A DNA stretch of 64,000 bases from Acidimicrobiales bacterium (GCA_040882655.1 JBBEAV010000015.1:48672-112671), one strand, 5' to 3'. Shown: positions 17,849 through 28,373, counted from the stretch's first letter. The notes: a model not told the origin generated them from the letters alone. Made by a program: numbers and translations.

Positions 17849-18694
17849 TTACGCCGGCAACGGTTGTGAGCGTCGTCCGATGCGGGTCACTAACTCCCGA
17901 CCGGTGAGCACAATAAAGAAGAGAGCGACGGCGGTGCCGGCCATTGTCGCACCGGCGGCGGTGTCGAAGTGGAAGGTGATGATCAGCCCAACAAAAATTG
18001 ATGAAACCCCGATGAGGCAGGCGGTCGCCATCATTGCGGGTACACGACGAACGAGAAGCGCGGCTGTCGCAGGTGGCGCAATGAGTAGGCCAAATACAAG
18101 GAGCGTTCCCACGGTACGGAACGACGCGACGATGGCGATGGCGATGAGCGTGAGCATGGCAAGGTGGGCTAGGCGAGGACGCATTCCGAGGGTGGCGGCC
18201 TTTTCTGGGTTGAACGACAGCGCCAAAAACAAACGGTGGAATGCAATGACGGCGACCAACGTGAATATGGCGGCCACGGATTGAAGCCAGATATCGGAGT
18301 CTTTGACGCCCAATACAGAGCCGAAGAGGAACGAGGTGAGGTCTCCGGAAAATGAACGTGTTCGAGAAATGATGACAACACCGAGCGCAAGCATGCCGAC
18401 AAACAGCAGCCCAATGCCCGTATCGGTTGAAAGTTTTGAGGCGCGGTTCACGAGATTGATTCCAATCACCATCACGATGGCCGATACGAACGCGCCAATG
18501 GCGATGTCGATGCCGATGATGAACGCGACTGCGATGCCGGGTAGAACACCGTGAGCCAGGGCATCGCCCATGAACGACATTCCTCGAATGACGACCCACG
18601 TGCCGATGAGCGAGCACGCGATTGCAGCAAGAGATCCTGCGAGCAACGCCCGCAGGATGAACTCATACTGAAAGGGTTCGGTTAGCCAGTCCAC
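17849..18694 (-). CDS. Zn/Mn ABC transporter permease (ZnuB/AztB-like)
   Basis: GMSFMGDALAHGVLPG, DTGIG, FLFGSVLGV, VGTLLVFGLLIAP. Confidence 0.93.
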   Translation of the reverse strand: MDWLTEPFQYEFILRALLAGSLAAIACSLIGTWVVIRGMSFMGDALAHGVLPGIAVAFIIGIDIAIGAFVSAIVMVIGINLVNRASKLSTDTGIGLLFVGMLALGVVIISRTRSFSGDLTSFLFGSVLGVKDSDIWLQSVAAIFTLVAVIAFHRLFLALSFNPEKAATLGMRPRLAHLAMLTLIAIAIVASFRTVGTLLVFGLLIAPPATAALLVRRVPAMMATACLIGVSSIFVGLIITFHFDTAAGATMAGTAVALFFIVLTGRELVTRIGRRSQPLPA

Positions 18695-18737
18695 AGTGCT
18701 CGGAGGCTAGAGCCTGCATTCGCTGGAAGCAGGATCT

Positions 18738-19811
18738 TCAGCGTCCGCTGAGTCCATTGGCGATAAGGCGAGCCGTTGTGACGATGAGGCCGGGGTAGGT
18801 CGCCGTCGGACTTCCCGGCTCGCCAAGTGTGTCGGTGGAAAGCTCGATCACGCTGACTTGAGAGCCAATTTCGCGGGCCAGCGATTCGATCAGTTTCGAA
18901 GAAACGGTGCTTTCCGAGAAGATCGCTTTCACATTGTTGGTCTTAACGAGCGCAACGAGATCGCTTAGGTCAGCAGCGCTGGGCTCGGCCAAGGTCGAAC
19001 CTCCGGGGATAACAGTGCCGATCACCTGAAGATTGAATCGCTGTGCAAAATACTCAAGCGCGTCGTGGTTGGTAATGAGTTTTCGCTGACTCGGAGGAAG
19101 CGGATCGAGAAGTGCTCGTGCCTCGGCTTCAGCGGCACGAGCGGTATCGGCGTAGGTTGCCGCTCGCTGCTGGAATGGTGCGGCATCGAGCCCGGTCGTT
19201 GTTGCGAGTTTGGTTGCCACAAGAGATGCCGCTTTGGCCATACGTTCCGGATCCAGCCATACATGTGGATCTTCGGAGCCGTGGCCGTGTGCTTCTTCTT
19301 CGGCGGGTGCTTCTTCTTTGTGGCCGTGTCCGTGTCCGTGCCCGTCGTCTTCGGCGTGTGTTTCTTCTTTGTCAGTCGTACTAATGGAGAGTGGATCAAG
19401 TTCTTCTCCCAAAGCGAAAACGGGGACACCATCTTTTTGTGCTCCATCAAGCGCCGATTCGAGACGTTCCTCGAGTCCGAGCCCGTTCGCCACGATCAAC
19501 GAGGCATCTCGTAATCGGGCGATCTGAGCTGCTGAAGGCTCGAAATCATGCGGATCAGTGCCGAGGGGGATGAGGACGTCAACCTCGACCTGATCGCCCC
19601 CGACCTGGCGCACAAGATCGCCGAGGATCGGCGTGGTCGCCACGACCAAAGGTCGTTGGACGGTTGGAGTGCTGGGTGCAGTCGAGGAGGTTGATGCGCT
19701 CCCGCAGGCAGCAACAACACCAAGGCCGGCTACGAGGGCAAGCGCCAGAACCGTTCCGAGCGATTGCCGAGTCGCCCGGGCCCTGCGGTGATTTGTGGTG
19801 GGTTGAGGCAC
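18738..19811 (-). CDS. Zn ABC substrate-binding lipoprotein (ZnuA/AztC-like) with His-rich loop
   Basis: Lipobox AAC, DPHDFEP, His/Glu loop GHGHGHGH...AHGHG, DPHVWLDP, TNHDAL. Confidence 0.93.
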   Translation of the reverse strand: MPQPTTNHRRARATRQSLGTVLALALVAGLGVVAACGSASTSSTAPSTPTVQRPLVVATTPILGDLVRQVGGDQVEVDVLIPLGTDPHDFEPSAAQIARLRDASLIVANGLGLEERLESALDGAQKDGVPVFALGEELDPLSISTTDKEETHAEDDGHGHGHGHKEEAPAEEEAHGHGSEDPHVWLDPERMAKAASLVATKLATTTGLDAAPFQQRAATYADTARAAEAEARALLDPLPPSQRKLITNHDALEYFAQRFNLQVIGTVIPGGSTLAEPSAADLSDLVALVKTNNVKAIFSESTVSSKLIESLAREIGSQVSVIELSTDTLGEPGSPTATYPGLIVTTARLIANGLSGR

Positions 19812-19836
19812 TGCGACTCCAAAACAGAATAGTGGG

Positions 19837-19855
19837 AATGAGAAGCGTTCTCATT
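19837..19855. promoter_or_regulatory. Fur-family (Zur-like) operator
   Basis: Perfect 8-3-8 palindrome AATGAGAA-GCG-TTCTCATT about 25 nt upstream of the Zn-binding-protein start; resembles actinobacterial Zur boxes. Confidence 0.8.
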
Positions 19856-19904
19856 ATGGAGTCTGGATGGGGCCCTGTCAACCGGTTTGAAAACCTGAAA
19901 CTTT

Positions 19905-20483
19905 CTATTGGCCAGCAGAAAGTTTCAGTCGAGGGGGTAGAAGTCGATCGGCGATAACGGAGTAGGGCTGCACCTCAGCGGTAATTGTGAGGGTGCCAGC
20001 ACGCTCGAATTGAAGAGTGATGGGAATGGTCTGGCCCACCACAAGCGGGGTATCGATACCGGTCAGAAGCAATTGGTTGCCTCCGGGAGCGAACTTCATA
20101 TCGGCGAATCCGGGAATATCGATGGAGCCAACAGTGATGTAGGAACCACCACTCGTGAGGGTGTCTGGAGTGCTTGAGGTTGTCGTTGGATCAATGATCT
20201 GCAGGGCGATGGAACTGGCGGCGGGAGTCGAGGCGCCGAGCAGTGTGTCCGGACCACCTGAGTTGCGAAGGTTGAAATAGGCGCCGGTGGGGTTGTTGTC
20301 TGAGCCAACGAGTTCAGTAGAAGTCGAAAGAGTGGGCTTGGGGCTTTCGAACGGACGGAGAAATGCGACGAGCAAAAGAACACCGGTGCAAAACACCACG
20401 ACGTACAACGGGGCAAAACGCAAAATGCGTGTGTAGATGCTGCGCTCAGGGATTGAAGTACTGGGAGTCGAATCGGTGGTCAC
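19905..20483 (-). CDS. Membrane-anchored PCu(A)C-fold protein lacking Cu ligands
   Basis: One TM, then GAYFNLRNSG..DTLLGASTP, IDIPG, FAPGG, PLVVGQTIPITLQFERAG scaffold. Start set at GTG 20483. Confidence 0.7.
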   Translation of the reverse strand: MTTDSTPSTSIPERSIYTRILRFAPLYVVVFCTGVLLLVAFLRPFESPKPTLSTSTELVGSDNNPTGAYFNLRNSGGPDTLLGASTPAASSIALQIIDPTTTSSTPDTLTSGGSYITVGSIDIPGFADMKFAPGGNQLLLTGIDTPLVVGQTIPITLQFERAGTLTITAEVQPYSVIADRLLPPRLKLSAGQ

Positions 20484-20554
20484 ACTTCGTCCGTTCTTTG
20501 CGGGGTTGCAACGATCGTTGTGGAGTCCATCCTTGTCGGCGAGGACCGCTCTGG

Positions 20555-21217
20555 TCAGGTCGGGGGCGAGCTCGGCCGATCGCCTTGAGCAATAGTGTTT
20601 AGCCACAACGCCAATTGATCAGTGAGGGGCTGATCAAAGCGATGACCACCAGCCACCGTGGCCCATGTCACGATCGCACCGGATCGCGTAAATGCTTTTG
20701 CTGCAGATCGGCCTCGAAGTGGTTCAACCAGCTCGTCGTCTTCACCATGGGCGAAGAGAAGAGGTCGATGAGCAGCGCGCTCAAGAACCAGCAGATGATC
20801 ATCTCGGCTTGGCAGATAAGCGGCAAGCGCAGCGACTGCGCCCGGGGCTATCGAGGTATTTGGATCGACAAGATGAGCCAGCGCGAGTGCCCCACCTTGC
20901 GAAAAACCCGCGACTACCAGTTCATCTTCGGTGAGATTATTTTCGGAAAGAAGTGTCGCGCAGAGTTCGTCAATCGTTGCGATTGCCGATGCCAGCGCGA
21001 TGGGGTCCGGCCCGTTTTCGTCAACGTCATACCAGTACGGTCCGCGTGGACTGGGGTGTTGTGGTTCAACAACAACGGTGAGCCAGCGTTGGTCTGGGTC
21101 GAACGCGCTCACACGATGAAGGAACGGCTCAGGTGCATCGCCATAACCAGGGATGAGCAACAAGACGCGCTCTGGTGATGATGGCCCTATTCGGATGTTG
21201 CGCAATGCATTGGTCAT
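20555..21217 (-). CDS. Phospholipase/carboxylesterase (alpha/beta hydrolase)
   Basis: GFSQGG nucleophile elbow, HGEDDELV, GGH. ATG 21217 overlaps the NlpC/P60 stop. Confidence 0.88.
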   Translation of the reverse strand: MTNALRNIRIGPSSPERVLLLIPGYGDAPEPFLHRVSAFDPDQRWLTVVVEPQHPSPRGPYWYDVDENGPDPIALASAIATIDELCATLLSENNLTEDELVVAGFSQGGALALAHLVDPNTSIAPGAVAALAAYLPSRDDHLLVLERAAHRPLLFAHGEDDELVEPLRGRSAAKAFTRSGAIVTWATVAGGHRFDQPLTDQLALWLNTIAQGDRPSSPPT

Positions 21218-21804
21218 CGAACCCTTCCAGCAGCTGTGGTTGCACCTGTCCACCAATCAATGGAGTCATAGCGCACCACACCTCTACTGTTTGGGGAGTG
21301 GATGATCATGCCATCGCCAACGTAAATACTCACGTGGTCGGGTTCTCCGCCACCAAAGCCCCAGTCAAAAACGAGATCGCCCGGTTGAAGCTGATCGAGT
21401 GAGATCCGCTCAACAATATTCCACTGGGCGCCAGAGTTGTGTGGGAGTTCAACTCCAAGCTGCATCCAGGCCCAGCGAGTGAATCCGGAACAGTCGAACG
21501 CGTTGGGGCCGCCGGCGGCGTACACGTAGGGAGCACCGAGCTTGGTTTTGCCGGCGTCGACAACGGCCTGACCAATAGCCATACGCCACGCCGCGGCCGT
21601 GATTTGAGCACCGCTTTCGGGAATGGTTGCAGGCGCTTTGGAGGCCGAGGTGCTGAAAGAGGTGAAAACAGCGTTGCCAACTGCTGGTTGGCCAGCAGGA
21701 ACGGCGCTGCTCTGATTCGGGGCAACCCAGAGACCAAGGGTCGCAAGGGCGAGAGCAAGGGCAACGGAAACGAGGCTGGTTCGGCCGAGGTGAGTTGAGC
21801 GCAT
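21214..21804 (-). CDS. Secreted NlpC/P60 (C40) peptidoglycan endopeptidase
   Basis: Signal peptide; LGAPYVYAA, FDCSG, LQPGDLVF, DHVSIYVG, IIHS. Confidence 0.93.
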   Translation of the reverse strand: MRSTHLGRTSLVSVALALALATLGLWVAPNQSSAVPAGQPAVGNAVFTSFSTSASKAPATIPESGAQITAAAWRMAIGQAVVDAGKTKLGAPYVYAAGGPNAFDCSGFTRWAWMQLGVELPHNSGAQWNIVERISLDQLQPGDLVFDWGFGGGEPDHVSIYVGDGMIIHSPNSRGVVRYDSIDWWTGATTAAGRVR

Positions 21805-21949
21805 TGTTACGAAAGTGTTGCGGTTTTATGGCAATACTGCAACGTGGCTGCAACATTTCTCGGACAATATCGCTGTGAACAGGGGAAACAGTCGAAATTT
21901 TTCGATTGCAACTCACCCATTTATGACTATTTTGACGCTCTGAAACTCT

Positions 21950-23359
21950 TCAGCCGATGGCGTATGCCGCCTGTCGACCCTGGCGGATGCACGCCGGAAG
22001 GCCCAGGCCGTCATAGGCCGCGCCCGCCAGATGCACCCCGGGGGCCACATCGGCAATGCCTGCTCGCCAGCGCCTAACTCGTGCTGGGTGGCCGGGCTGA
22101 TACTGCGGAAGGCCGTCGATCCACCGGGTGACTCGCCACGAGAGGGGTGCTGCATCGAGACCCATCGTGGTGGACAGGTCGGTGGTGAGAGCGTCGACAA
22201 GATCGGTATCGGTGAGGTCCAGCGCGTGGGTATCGCCGAATTTCCCGGCGGAGACCCGAAGGATGGCAACCTCGGGGTCGTCGAGATGCGCCCATTTGGC
22301 CGAGGCCCAGGAACAGGCAGTGAGGGTGGGAAGGGGGTCGGTCTGTGCGACTAAGAATCCGCTGGCATCGAGGGCTACACCCAGCGCCTGTTTGGAAACC
22401 GCAAGGGCCACCATGGCTGCGGAGGCGTAACCAAGTTCGGCGAGTTCCTGCGCAGGCTCTGGCGCAAGAGTTTCAAGAAGTCGAGCGGTGATGTGTGCCG
22501 ACGTAGACAAAATGACTTCATCGGCCAGCAGTGGGCCAGCAGGGGTCGCAACGCACCATGCGTTGTCGACGCGAGCGAGCGAAGTGGCGGCGCAAGAAAG
22601 ATGGACAGCAACACCGGCCTTTGTGATTTGGGCCAGAAGAAGATCAGTCAGCGTTTGCGTGCCCACTGGAATACCTCTGAACACAGGCGCTTGAGGATCG
22701 ATTGCGGCAGCAGCACTTTGCGCCCGCAGCGCCGATATGAGGCTTGGCGACTGACGAGCGGCGGCAGCGATCTGCGCGGCACCAGCAGCAAGGCTCAGGT
22801 AGTCGGCGTCGCCTGCGTTCACTCCCGAGAGAAGTGGCGAAACAAGTTTCTCGTGAATTTCATCGCCAAGACGAGCACGGATAAGCGCACCAACCGATTG
22901 ATCGTCGACTCCGTCGGGGTCGGGGCCATTTGCATGATCAACCCAATCAGTACGGATGAGGTCCTCGGTAGCTCGAGCGATTCCTTTGGTGCTGATGATG
23001 CTTGATGCCGCTAGCGCATCAAGATCAGTAGGCACACCCAATACCAGTCCGGTCGGGAGGCGGTGAAGTGAGCCGTTCACCCAGACATAAGCGGATTTTT
23101 GCACCGGGGAAGTGAGGACAGTGTCAAGCCCGAGTTCATGGCAGAGCTCCAAAGCTTCGGGCACACGAGCAAGAAATGCATCGGCTCCGCAATCAACGGG
23201 TCGTCCGGCGAACGGGGTCGTGAGAATCTTTCCACCGACCCGATCACTTGCTTCGATGACTGTGATGTTGAGGTCGGGCCTTTTCGTTGCCAACGTAAAG
23301 GCCGCAGTTAAACCAGTGATGCCGGCTCCGACGACGAGGACTCGGCGTTGGGTGGTCAT
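21950..23359 (-). CDS. hemY: Coproporphyrinogen/protoporphyrinogen oxidase (HemY/CgoX)
   Basis: VVGAGITGL, GGKI, DCGADAF, LPQY, GLGLPACIRQG; follows hemE and hemH. Confidence 0.93.
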   Translation of the reverse strand: MTTQRRVLVVGAGITGLTAAFTLATKRPDLNITVIEASDRVGGKILTTPFAGRPVDCGADAFLARVPEALELCHELGLDTVLTSPVQKSAYVWVNGSLHRLPTGLVLGVPTDLDALAASSIISTKGIARATEDLIRTDWVDHANGPDPDGVDDQSVGALIRARLGDEIHEKLVSPLLSGVNAGDADYLSLAAGAAQIAAAARQSPSLISALRAQSAAAAIDPQAPVFRGIPVGTQTLTDLLLAQITKAGVAVHLSCAATSLARVDNAWCVATPAGPLLADEVILSTSAHITARLLETLAPEPAQELAELGYASAAMVALAVSKQALGVALDASGFLVAQTDPLPTLTACSWASAKWAHLDDPEVAILRVSAGKFGDTHALDLTDTDLVDALTTDLSTTMGLDAAPLSWRVTRWIDGLPQYQPGHPARVRRWRAGIADVAPGVHLAGAAYDGLGLPACIRQGRQAAYAIG

Positions 23360-24267
23360 TGCACCTGATTCACGACGAGATCTGCAAGAGCATTGATAAC
23401 AAGAGCGTTGTCATTCATTGAACGAGTTCGCGCAAACGCCAGACCTAGTTCGTTCGCAAGAGCGAGTGTTTCAATGTCAAGGTCGTACAACACCTCAAGG
23501 TGGTCAGCCGTGAAACCCTGCGCACAGACGAGCACGCCCTCTACAGATCCCTCGGCGGCGAGTCGACGAATTTCATCGAGAACGTCGGGACCGCGCCACG
23601 GCTCGGGGGTACGGCCAGCACTTTGCCAGCACAATGCCCAGTTCGGAAGAGCTAAAGACTGCGCGACGTGCGTGGCGCTGGCCAGCAATTCATCGGGATA
23701 CGGATCACCTTCAAGGACACGTTCAGGGAGGGAATGAGCAGTGAAAAGCACAATGTGGTTTTCGGGCAGCGTTGCCCGCGCATCACGCACAGCGTCGGTG
23801 AGGAAACCTAAGTACGCGTCTTCCGCAAACCAGCGCTCAATGGCATGGACCGTCACGCCATGTTGCTCTCCAGCTTCGATTGCACGGCGTTGGTATTCGC
23901 CAACGCTAAATCCCGAATAGTGCGGCGCAAGTACAATGCCAACTGCTTCGGTGATGCCTGCGGCTGCCAATTCCTCGACGGCGTCTTCAATGAACGGGGC
24001 TGCATGTTTCTGGCCCAGAACGACCATCCATGAATCGGGCATACGTTCACTAAGTGCTTTTTCTAAGCCGAGTCGTTGTGCTTCGGTGCGTTCAGCCAGT
24101 GGAGAGATGCCACCGATTGCTTCATATCGACCAACAAGGTCAGCGAGTTGCTGCGGTTCGGGAGCACGACCGCGACGAATATGTGTGTAGTAGGGCTCAA
24201 TTTCGGCGGGCGTTCTTGGTGTTCCGTACGCCATAACAATCAGTCCAAATCGTTTTGCTTCACTCAT
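23356..24267 (-). CDS. hemH: Ferrochelatase (coproporphyrin ferrochelatase type)
   Basis: [44 protein letters not shown]. Confidence 0.95.
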   Translation of the reverse strand: MSEAKRFGLIVMAYGTPRTPAEIEPYYTHIRRGRAPEPQQLADLVGRYEAIGGISPLAERTEAQRLGLEKALSERMPDSWMVVLGQKHAAPFIEDAVEELAAAGITEAVGIVLAPHYSGFSVGEYQRRAIEAGEQHGVTVHAIERWFAEDAYLGFLTDAVRDARATLPENHIVLFTAHSLPERVLEGDPYPDELLASATHVAQSLALPNWALCWQSAGRTPEPWRGPDVLDEIRRLAAEGSVEGVLVCAQGFTADHLEVLYDLDIETLALANELGLAFARTRSMNDNALVINALADLVVNQVQ

Positions 24268-25331
24268 GACGTAGCTCCATCGCAGCGGCCTTCGGAGTGA
24301 ACGAGTTCAACGACGCGCTCAAGCACTGTGGGATCGGTTTCAGGCATGACGCCGTGGCCGAGATTGAAAATATGGCCCGGGTTACCGGCGTTTCGACGAA
24401 GGACATCGCGAGTCGCTTCGGCTACGACATCCCACGGAGCAAAAGTAAGCGCAGGATCAAGATTGCCTTGCAGGGCAGTGTCCGCAGGCACACGCGTGCG
24501 AGCAATATCAAGCGGGACGCGCCAGTCGACTCCAACAACATCGGCTCCAGCACTGGCCATGAGGCCTAGTAACTCTCCGGTTCCGACGCCAAAATGAATG
24601 CGCGGCACGTTGAGATCTGCGACCTCGGCGAAGACGCGCTGACTGTGCGGGAGCACAAACTTCTCGTAATCGGGAGGGCTTAAGGTGCCGGCCCAAGAAT
24701 CAAAAACTTGCAGAGCTACTGCCCCGCTTTCGATCTGTGATCGCAGTGAGGCGATTGCCAGATCGGCAAGTTTCTCCATCAACTTGTGCCACAGGCTGGG
24801 GTCGCCATACATGAGTGCCTTCGTGCGCGTGTAGGTGCGTGACGGTTGGCCTTCAATTAAATAACTCGCAACGGTAAACGGTGCACCAGCGAAGCCAATG
24901 AGTGGGACGGAAAGTTCGCGGGCCAAAATACGGACGGTTTCAAGTACGTAGGGAGTATCAGCTTCTGGATCGAGTGGGCGTAAGCGTTCGAGATCGGCGG
25001 CGCGAGTGAACGGTTGGTCGACAACAGGGCCAATGCCTGGAGCAACATCGACACCAAATCCGATTGCGGCAACGGGCACGACGATGTCGGAGTACAGGAT
25101 GGCGGCATCGACGTCGTAGCGACGAACCGGCTGCATTGTGATCTCAGCAGAAAGTTCAGGATTGGCGATGGCTTCAAGGATGCTGCCCGAACCACGGATA
25201 GACCGATATTCCGGAAGGGAGCGGCCGGCCTGACGCATAAACCAGACCGGAACACGATCTCGTGGCCCGCCAGGGATGTTGCGGCAGGCTCGAAGAAAGG
25301 GGGGGAGAGTTGTGGCAGAGGCATCGTTCAC
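24264..25331 (-). CDS. hemE: Uroporphyrinogen decarboxylase
   Basis: [45 protein letters not shown] 25331 chosen because it lies 6 nt after TAGCGT; the track start is 25337. Confidence 0.95.
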   Translation of the reverse strand: MNDASATTLPPFLRACRNIPGGPRDRVPVWFMRQAGRSLPEYRSIRGSGSILEAIANPELSAEITMQPVRRYDVDAAILYSDIVVPVAAIGFGVDVAPGIGPVVDQPFTRAADLERLRPLDPEADTPYVLETVRILARELSVPLIGFAGAPFTVASYLIEGQPSRTYTRTKALMYGDPSLWHKLMEKLADLAIASLRSQIESGAVALQVFDSWAGTLSPPDYEKFVLPHSQRVFAEVADLNVPRIHFGVGTGELLGLMASAGADVVGVDWRVPLDIARTRVPADTALQGNLDPALTFAPWDVVAEATRDVLRRNAGNPGHIFNLGHGVMPETDPTVLERVVELVHSEGRCDGATS

Positions 25332-25505
25332 GGGCACACGCTACCGAGATGGCCTCGTCAGAGAGAATCCAGCGGGTTGAGATGTAGTTCGGGGCTCGCC
25401 TGAGGTCATTGAGTGCTGGCCCGCTAAAGTGAGGAACCCCCTTCTAAGCCCCGCTGGCAATTGTCGGTGTTGCGAGGAAGGGACGACGTCCACCTGAGGG
25501 AGCCC

Positions 25506-27629
25506 ATGGCCCCACATCCCGACCTTGATGCTGAACAGGACTACATCGATCACGCCTATGCGTGTCTGGAGGAGTCGCGGAAAGCAGCGACCCGCCTCAC
25601 CTCGATGGTCGAGGTCGGCCGGGGAGGAACCGAGCAGGCCCGATTCGAGCGTGAAGTGATCCACGAAACGGTCGTCAACCGGCTTACCCATCTGGAATTG
25701 GGGAGCGCGGCGTTGTGCTTCGGCCGCATTGACCGTGAAGCGGAAACCCCCGAAGAGCAGATGGAGAGCTTTTACATCGGCCGTATTGCCGTGAGCGATC
25801 CGCAACAAGATCCTGTAATTGTCGATTGGCGTGCGCCGGTGGCAGAACCGTTCTACCGGGCGACTGGTCGCCAGCCCATGGGCCTCGCCCGTCGTCGCCA
25901 TTTTGCTACCCAGGGCCGTCGCCTCTTGGGCGTTGAAGACGAACTTTTCGGAGCAACGCTGGCCAGCCTCGGCATGCCTGTCGGAGAAGCAGCGGCCGCC
26001 GCCGGTGAAGTGGTGCGCGGACAGGGTGCACTTTTTACCGCACTGGAAACAGCACGAACCGGTCGGCTTGGCGACATTGTTGCGACTATTCAGGGCGAAC
26101 AAGACGAAATCATTCGTGCGCCCCTCCCGGGAGTATTAGTCGTGCAAGGTGGGCCTGGCACTGGCAAGACTGTGGTTGCACTTCATCGGGCGGCCTACTT
26201 GCTTTACACCCATCGCTTCCCGCTCGAAGGCCAAGGCGTTCTTGTCATTGGCCCCAACCGACTGTTCCTTGGCTACATCGAGCAAGTGTTGCCATCGCTT
26301 GGAGAAGCCGGAGTTGAATTAGCGGTGCTCGCTGATCTTGTTCCTTCTCTAAGTATTCGTTCTTACGACGTCGGTCTCACTTCGCGAGTGAAGGGCGACC
26401 CCCGAATGGTGTCGTTTCTCTCGCGCGCGATTCGTGATCGTCAGCGACCACTTCGATCCGACCTCGTAGTCGGATACGGATTACAACGCCTTACCGTTTC
26501 ACGCTCTCGTAGCCAGCAGATTATTTCTGATGCTCGTCGTCGATACCGACGCCATAATCCGGCGCGGAAATATGTTGAGAATGAACTCTTTGCCGAATTG
26601 GCATTATCCGGACGGGGCGAGATCGCTGCCTCCGAAGTGCGTGAGCGATTACGACGCGACTCGACAATTCGAGAAGCGCTCGAATGGATGTGGCCAGTGC
26701 TTACCCCAGCGCAGTTTCTTCATGACCTCTTCGGTGCTGAGGCCCTGCTTAAAAACGCTGCTGCCACGTCGCTATCTGAAGCGGAGTGGCAGTCATTGCA
26801 TCGCGATCGATCCGATATCGAAACAGAGACTGAATGGACCCACGACGACGCACCGTTGCTCGACGAAGCGCGCTCGTTGCTTGGCCCGAAGCCCCAGCGT
26901 CGTCGCAATGGGGATCAGAACGACGAGGATGAAATCCGCACCTACGGCCATATCGTCGTCGACGAAGCGCAGGATCTCTCTCCGATGCAGTTACGCATGC
27001 TGGAACGGCGTTCGTTGAATGGTTCGATGACGATCGTCGGTGATATTGCGCAAGCAACTGGGCAATGGGCCCACGAATCCTGGGACGAGATTCTTTCGCT
27101 GCTGCCAACCAAGCGGGAACCGCGCCGAAATGAACTCACGCTTGGCTATCGCCTACCGGCACCGATTATGGCGTTAGCGGCCCGCGTACTTCGTCGTGCT
27201 GCCCCTGACCTGCGTGCGCCGCGTTCGGTTCGGGAAGATGGTGCCGAGCCCGCAATTTTTTGTGCCGAACCGGGTCGACTTGCAGAAGCGGTCGCCGAGG
27301 TGGCGCTGATTGAACGGGAGGCCGTCGACCCGGGGCAGGTGGCAATTGTCTGCACGTCATCAATTATCGACGAGGTATGTGAGGCCCTCGAGAATGCCGA
27401 AATCGCGTTTGGTCGGGCGACTCGCCATGGCCTTGAACATCGAGTCACGGTGGTTGAAGTTGGGCTCGTGAAAGGTCTCGAAGTCGACGCGGTCATCGTG
27501 GTTGAGCCCGCACTCATCGTTGCTGAGCAAGCCCAAGGAAATCGTGCTCTGTATGTAGCGCTGACTCGAGCGACGAAACGTCTTGCGATCGTTCACGAAG
27601 ACGAACTTCCCGAGTCTCTCAGGGGCTGA
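25506..27629 (+). CDS. helD: HelD-family RNA-polymerase-recycling SF1 helicase-like ATPase
   Basis: FGRID, YIGR, VDWRAP..PFY, DIVATIQGEQD, GGPGTGKT, VVDEAQD, KGLE, LYVALTRAT. Confidence 0.85.
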   Translation: MAPHPDLDAEQDYIDHAYACLEESRKAATRLTSMVEVGRGGTEQARFEREVIHETVVNRLTHLELGSAALCFGRIDREAETPEEQMESFYIGRIAVSDPQQDPVIVDWRAPVAEPFYRATGRQPMGLARRRHFATQGRRLLGVEDELFGATLASLGMPVGEAAAAAGEVVRGQGALFTALETARTGRLGDIVATIQGEQDEIIRAPLPGVLVVQGGPGTGKTVVALHRAAYLLYTHRFPLEGQGVLVIGPNRLFLGYIEQVLPSLGEAGVELAVLADLVPSLSIRSYDVGLTSRVKGDPRMVSFLSRAIRDRQRPLRSDLVVGYGLQRLTVSRSRSQQIISDARRRYRRHNPARKYVENELFAELALSGRGEIAASEVRERLRRDSTIREALEWMWPVLTPAQFLHDLFGAEALLKNAAATSLSEAEWQSLHRDRSDIETETEWTHDDAPLLDEARSLLGPKPQRRRNGDQNDEDEIRTYGHIVVDEAQDLSPMQLRMLERRSLNGSMTIVGDIAQATGQWAHESWDEILSLLPTKREPRRNELTLGYRLPAPIMALAARVLRRAAPDLRAPRSVREDGAEPAIFCAEPGRLAEAVAEVALIEREAVDPGQVAIVCTSSIIDEVCEALENAEIAFGRATRHGLEHRVTVVEVGLVKGLEVDAVIVVEPALIVAEQAQGNRALYVALTRATKRLAIVHEDELPESLRG

Positions 27630-27658
27630 TCTTTGGTACTAACGATTCTGGCGCCGGC

Positions 27659-28330
27659 TTAGGCGGCGGTAACAAGTATTCGTTGTGTGGCAAAGCGGGT
27701 AATTTCAACGCTTTGCCCGTCGATTGCAATGATCGTTCGGCCATCACCCTCAAGTGCAGTGACGATTCCCGAATGACCGGGAAGCAATGAGGAGGATTCG
27801 AGAAATGAGAGCAGCCCCGGAGTGAACTCAAGTTCCTCGGGAATTCGAGACACTGTGAATGACTGGCCAACTTGGAGTGTGTCGAGCGTGACCGACGAAG
27901 GCGGCTGATAGTCAGTTCCGGGAATGGGGTTTCCGTGCGGGCATGTGGTGGGGTCGCCGAGTGCATGCATCATGGCGGCTTCAACTGTTGGCGAAATCAC
28001 GTGCTCCCAACGCCCTGCTTCCTCGTGCGCGTCGGCCCAGGAAAGGCCAAGCATGTCGGTAAGGAATCGTTCGGCAAGACGATGGCGGCGAACAACGGTT
28101 TCGGCGAGAGCGAGACCATCAGGAAGTAATCGGATCACGCCGCTGTTGATTTCAACAAGATCGGCTCGTTCCATACGGCGGATCATTTCCGAGACCGCTG
28201 GTCGGGAAACGGCGAGTCGATCGGCGATACGGGCTTGGATGACGTCGACGTCGTCTTCGCGCAATTCGAAGATGGCTTCGCAGTATTCCTCAAACGCAGG
28301 GTGCCATTCACGCTGTTTCACAGGAGCCAT
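27659..28330 (-). CDS. DtxR/IdeR/MntR-family metal-dependent repressor with C-terminal FeoA-like domain
   Basis: EEYCEAIFEL, HTH, RRHRLAERFL, EAGRWEHVIS, CPHGNPIPG. Confidence 0.9.
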   Translation of the reverse strand: MAPVKQREWHPAFEEYCEAIFELREDDVDVIQARIADRLAVSRPAVSEMIRRMERADLVEINSGVIRLLPDGLALAETVVRRHRLAERFLTDMLGLSWADAHEEAGRWEHVISPTVEAAMMHALGDPTTCPHGNPIPGTDYQPPSSVTLDTLQVGQSFTVSRIPEELEFTPGLLSFLESSSLLPGHSGIVTALEGDGRTIIAIDGQSVEITRFATQRILVTAA

Positions 28331-28373
28331 GAGCAACAGTCTACGGGGCAAACGCTGAATTGCGAGGTCGGTT

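Noticed and set aside
19300-19350. GTGTCC-type short repeats as a contingency locus or CRISPR
   Set aside because: They are in-frame codon repeats for the Gly-His loop of the Zn-binding protein, with no spacers or cas genes.
21805-21949. c-di-AMP (ydaO) riboswitch before NlpC/P60
   Set aside because: The conserved GCCGAA/GGAAC/GGGGTGAA-type elements and GC-rich stems are absent on the minus strand.
25338-25505. Rifamycin-associated element (RAE) upstream of the HelD-like gene, i.e. HelR
   Set aside because: No RAE-like compact inverted repeat is recognisable, only a distant CCAGCGGG/CCCGCTGG pair. Called housekeeping HelD.
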